Below are positions 63,100 to 64,000 of a stretch of 64,000 bases of DNA, in pieces. The position numbers and the translations under genes were made by a program. Position 1 is the stretch's first letter, and each line of letters starts with the position of its first letter. The notes under the pieces are model-generated. The model did no database searches and was not told the DNA's origin. It worked only from the letters and a program-made list of their open reading frames with translations. The stretch is from Lama glama (lineage: Eukaryota): NCBI GenBank assembly GCA_028534125.1, contig CM052828.1, forward strand, positions 60,202,001 through 60,266,000, given 5' to 3'.

Positions 63100-64000
63100 A
63101 CCTGGGTGTAAACCTGTCTTTCACTTAAGCAGACACAGGTGGTGCGCACAGAAATGCTGGTGGTGTGCTATGCAGGTGAGCACACACGCGTTTCTCTGCT
63201 GTGTCAGCTCAGAGGGCCTGGGAGCAGTGCGATCCTGGTAACACCACACACACTAGCACCTAGATCTTGGTCTCTAATAACCACTGTCCAGTGAAGGGAG
63301 CTGGGTCTCCCAAGACAAACAGCTGATTCCAAGGCGGGGAACTTGCATAGGGAACATACAAGATGAGCCTGGGGCGTTGTGTTGGGCCAGCAGGTGAGGA
63401 CGGCTGAGAAAACCCCTCATGATGACAAGGGGTGTCACAGGGACACCGAAGACCTTCCCGTGGTCAAAGCTGGAGCAGTTTGAGAAACACCCTGAATAAA
63501 GTAGCATTGGATTACAACATATAAAATAAACGTGCGGGAATCTATATGGATGTGGTCAGTGACTGACTGAGTAAACCAGTGGCGAGAAGGCAGCTCCCCC
63601 AGCAGACGAATCCGAGATGATTTACGTAGGTGCCCCCCCAGGAGGCGGAGCCTAGCCCCCCTTCCTCGAGTGTGGCGGGAGAAAGGACTGTGCCGGGGCC
63701 ATCTGACGAACACACCTCCGCCAGGTGACCGAGGCCAAGATCCATGGTCACGGTGGACGGCGTGCTCCCGAGATACCACACGGTGAGCAAGGCACCCCCA
63801 TCTAGTGGCGATGGAAACGCAGATGAGCTCCTGGCGAGCCGCACCCTGCGGAACACCTGACCATTACCCGTCCCGGTCACTGAAACGGGGAGCCTGAGAG
63901 GCCGTCACAGCTGAGAGGACCCTGAGGAGACGCGACAGCTAAATGTCACGTGGTGTCAGGATGGGACCTTCTCACAGAATAAGGACGTTAGGTGAAAACT
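63100..64000 (+). mobile_element. L1MC/L1MD-type 3' UTR relic (continues past window end)
   Basis: cctagatcttggtctctaataaccactgtccagtgaagggagc...atacaagatgagcctgg...taaagtagcattggatta...gaggagacgcgacagctaaatgtcacgtggtgtcaggatggga...aaggacgttaggtgaaaact. Confidence 0.8.

Noticed and set aside
49-63880. Hundreds of 60-200 aa ORFs in the six-frame track (e.g. 4317-4916, 53598-54203, 11642-12214)
   Set aside because: They are overlapping on both strands, Pro/Gly/Arg/Ser/Cys-biased, often start at non-ATG codons, show no recognisable domains and frequently sit inside decayed repeats. This is expected by chance in GC-rich mammalian DNA.
1-64000. CRISPR arrays, operons or prokaryotic defence systems; assignment of a host gene symbol
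   Set aside because: The sequence is mammalian with no repeat-spacer arrays. The candidate exon peptides matched no protein I could recall, so no gene is named.

Overview
Mammalian genomic DNA, GC-rich and subtelomere-like. It is most probably camelid (alpaca/camel): it carries a Vic-1-type tRNA-derived SINE and camelid-type L1 3' ends, and I saw no Bov-tA/BovB/PRE-1/Alu. No ORF in the six-frame track looks like a real protein. The window reads as intronic or intergenic sequence, possibly the long intron(s) of an unidentified + strand gene, with only a few short candidate exons (3889-3911, 4086-4162, 30319-30366). It is a mosaic of old eutherian repeats (MIR, L2, L1M, MLT1/MLT2/LTR16, MER53, MER63, Charlie1), a few younger insertions (truncated L1s, an ERV1-like solo LTR, a SINE), five 132-164 bp N gaps, and several AT-rich unique islands that resemble conserved non-coding enhancers. 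Most notable observations: (1) two inverted MLT1 LTRs 21 kb apart that are ~89% identical with shared derived changes; (2) a pre-miRNA-sized hairpin in unique sequence at 17250-17307; (3) a twin-primed 5'-inverted L1; (4) a nested LTR-in-LTR insertion; (5) a GC-converted patch inside Charlie1. Repeat family names come from recalled consensus sequences, not from a database search. I found no convincing novel multi-gene system.
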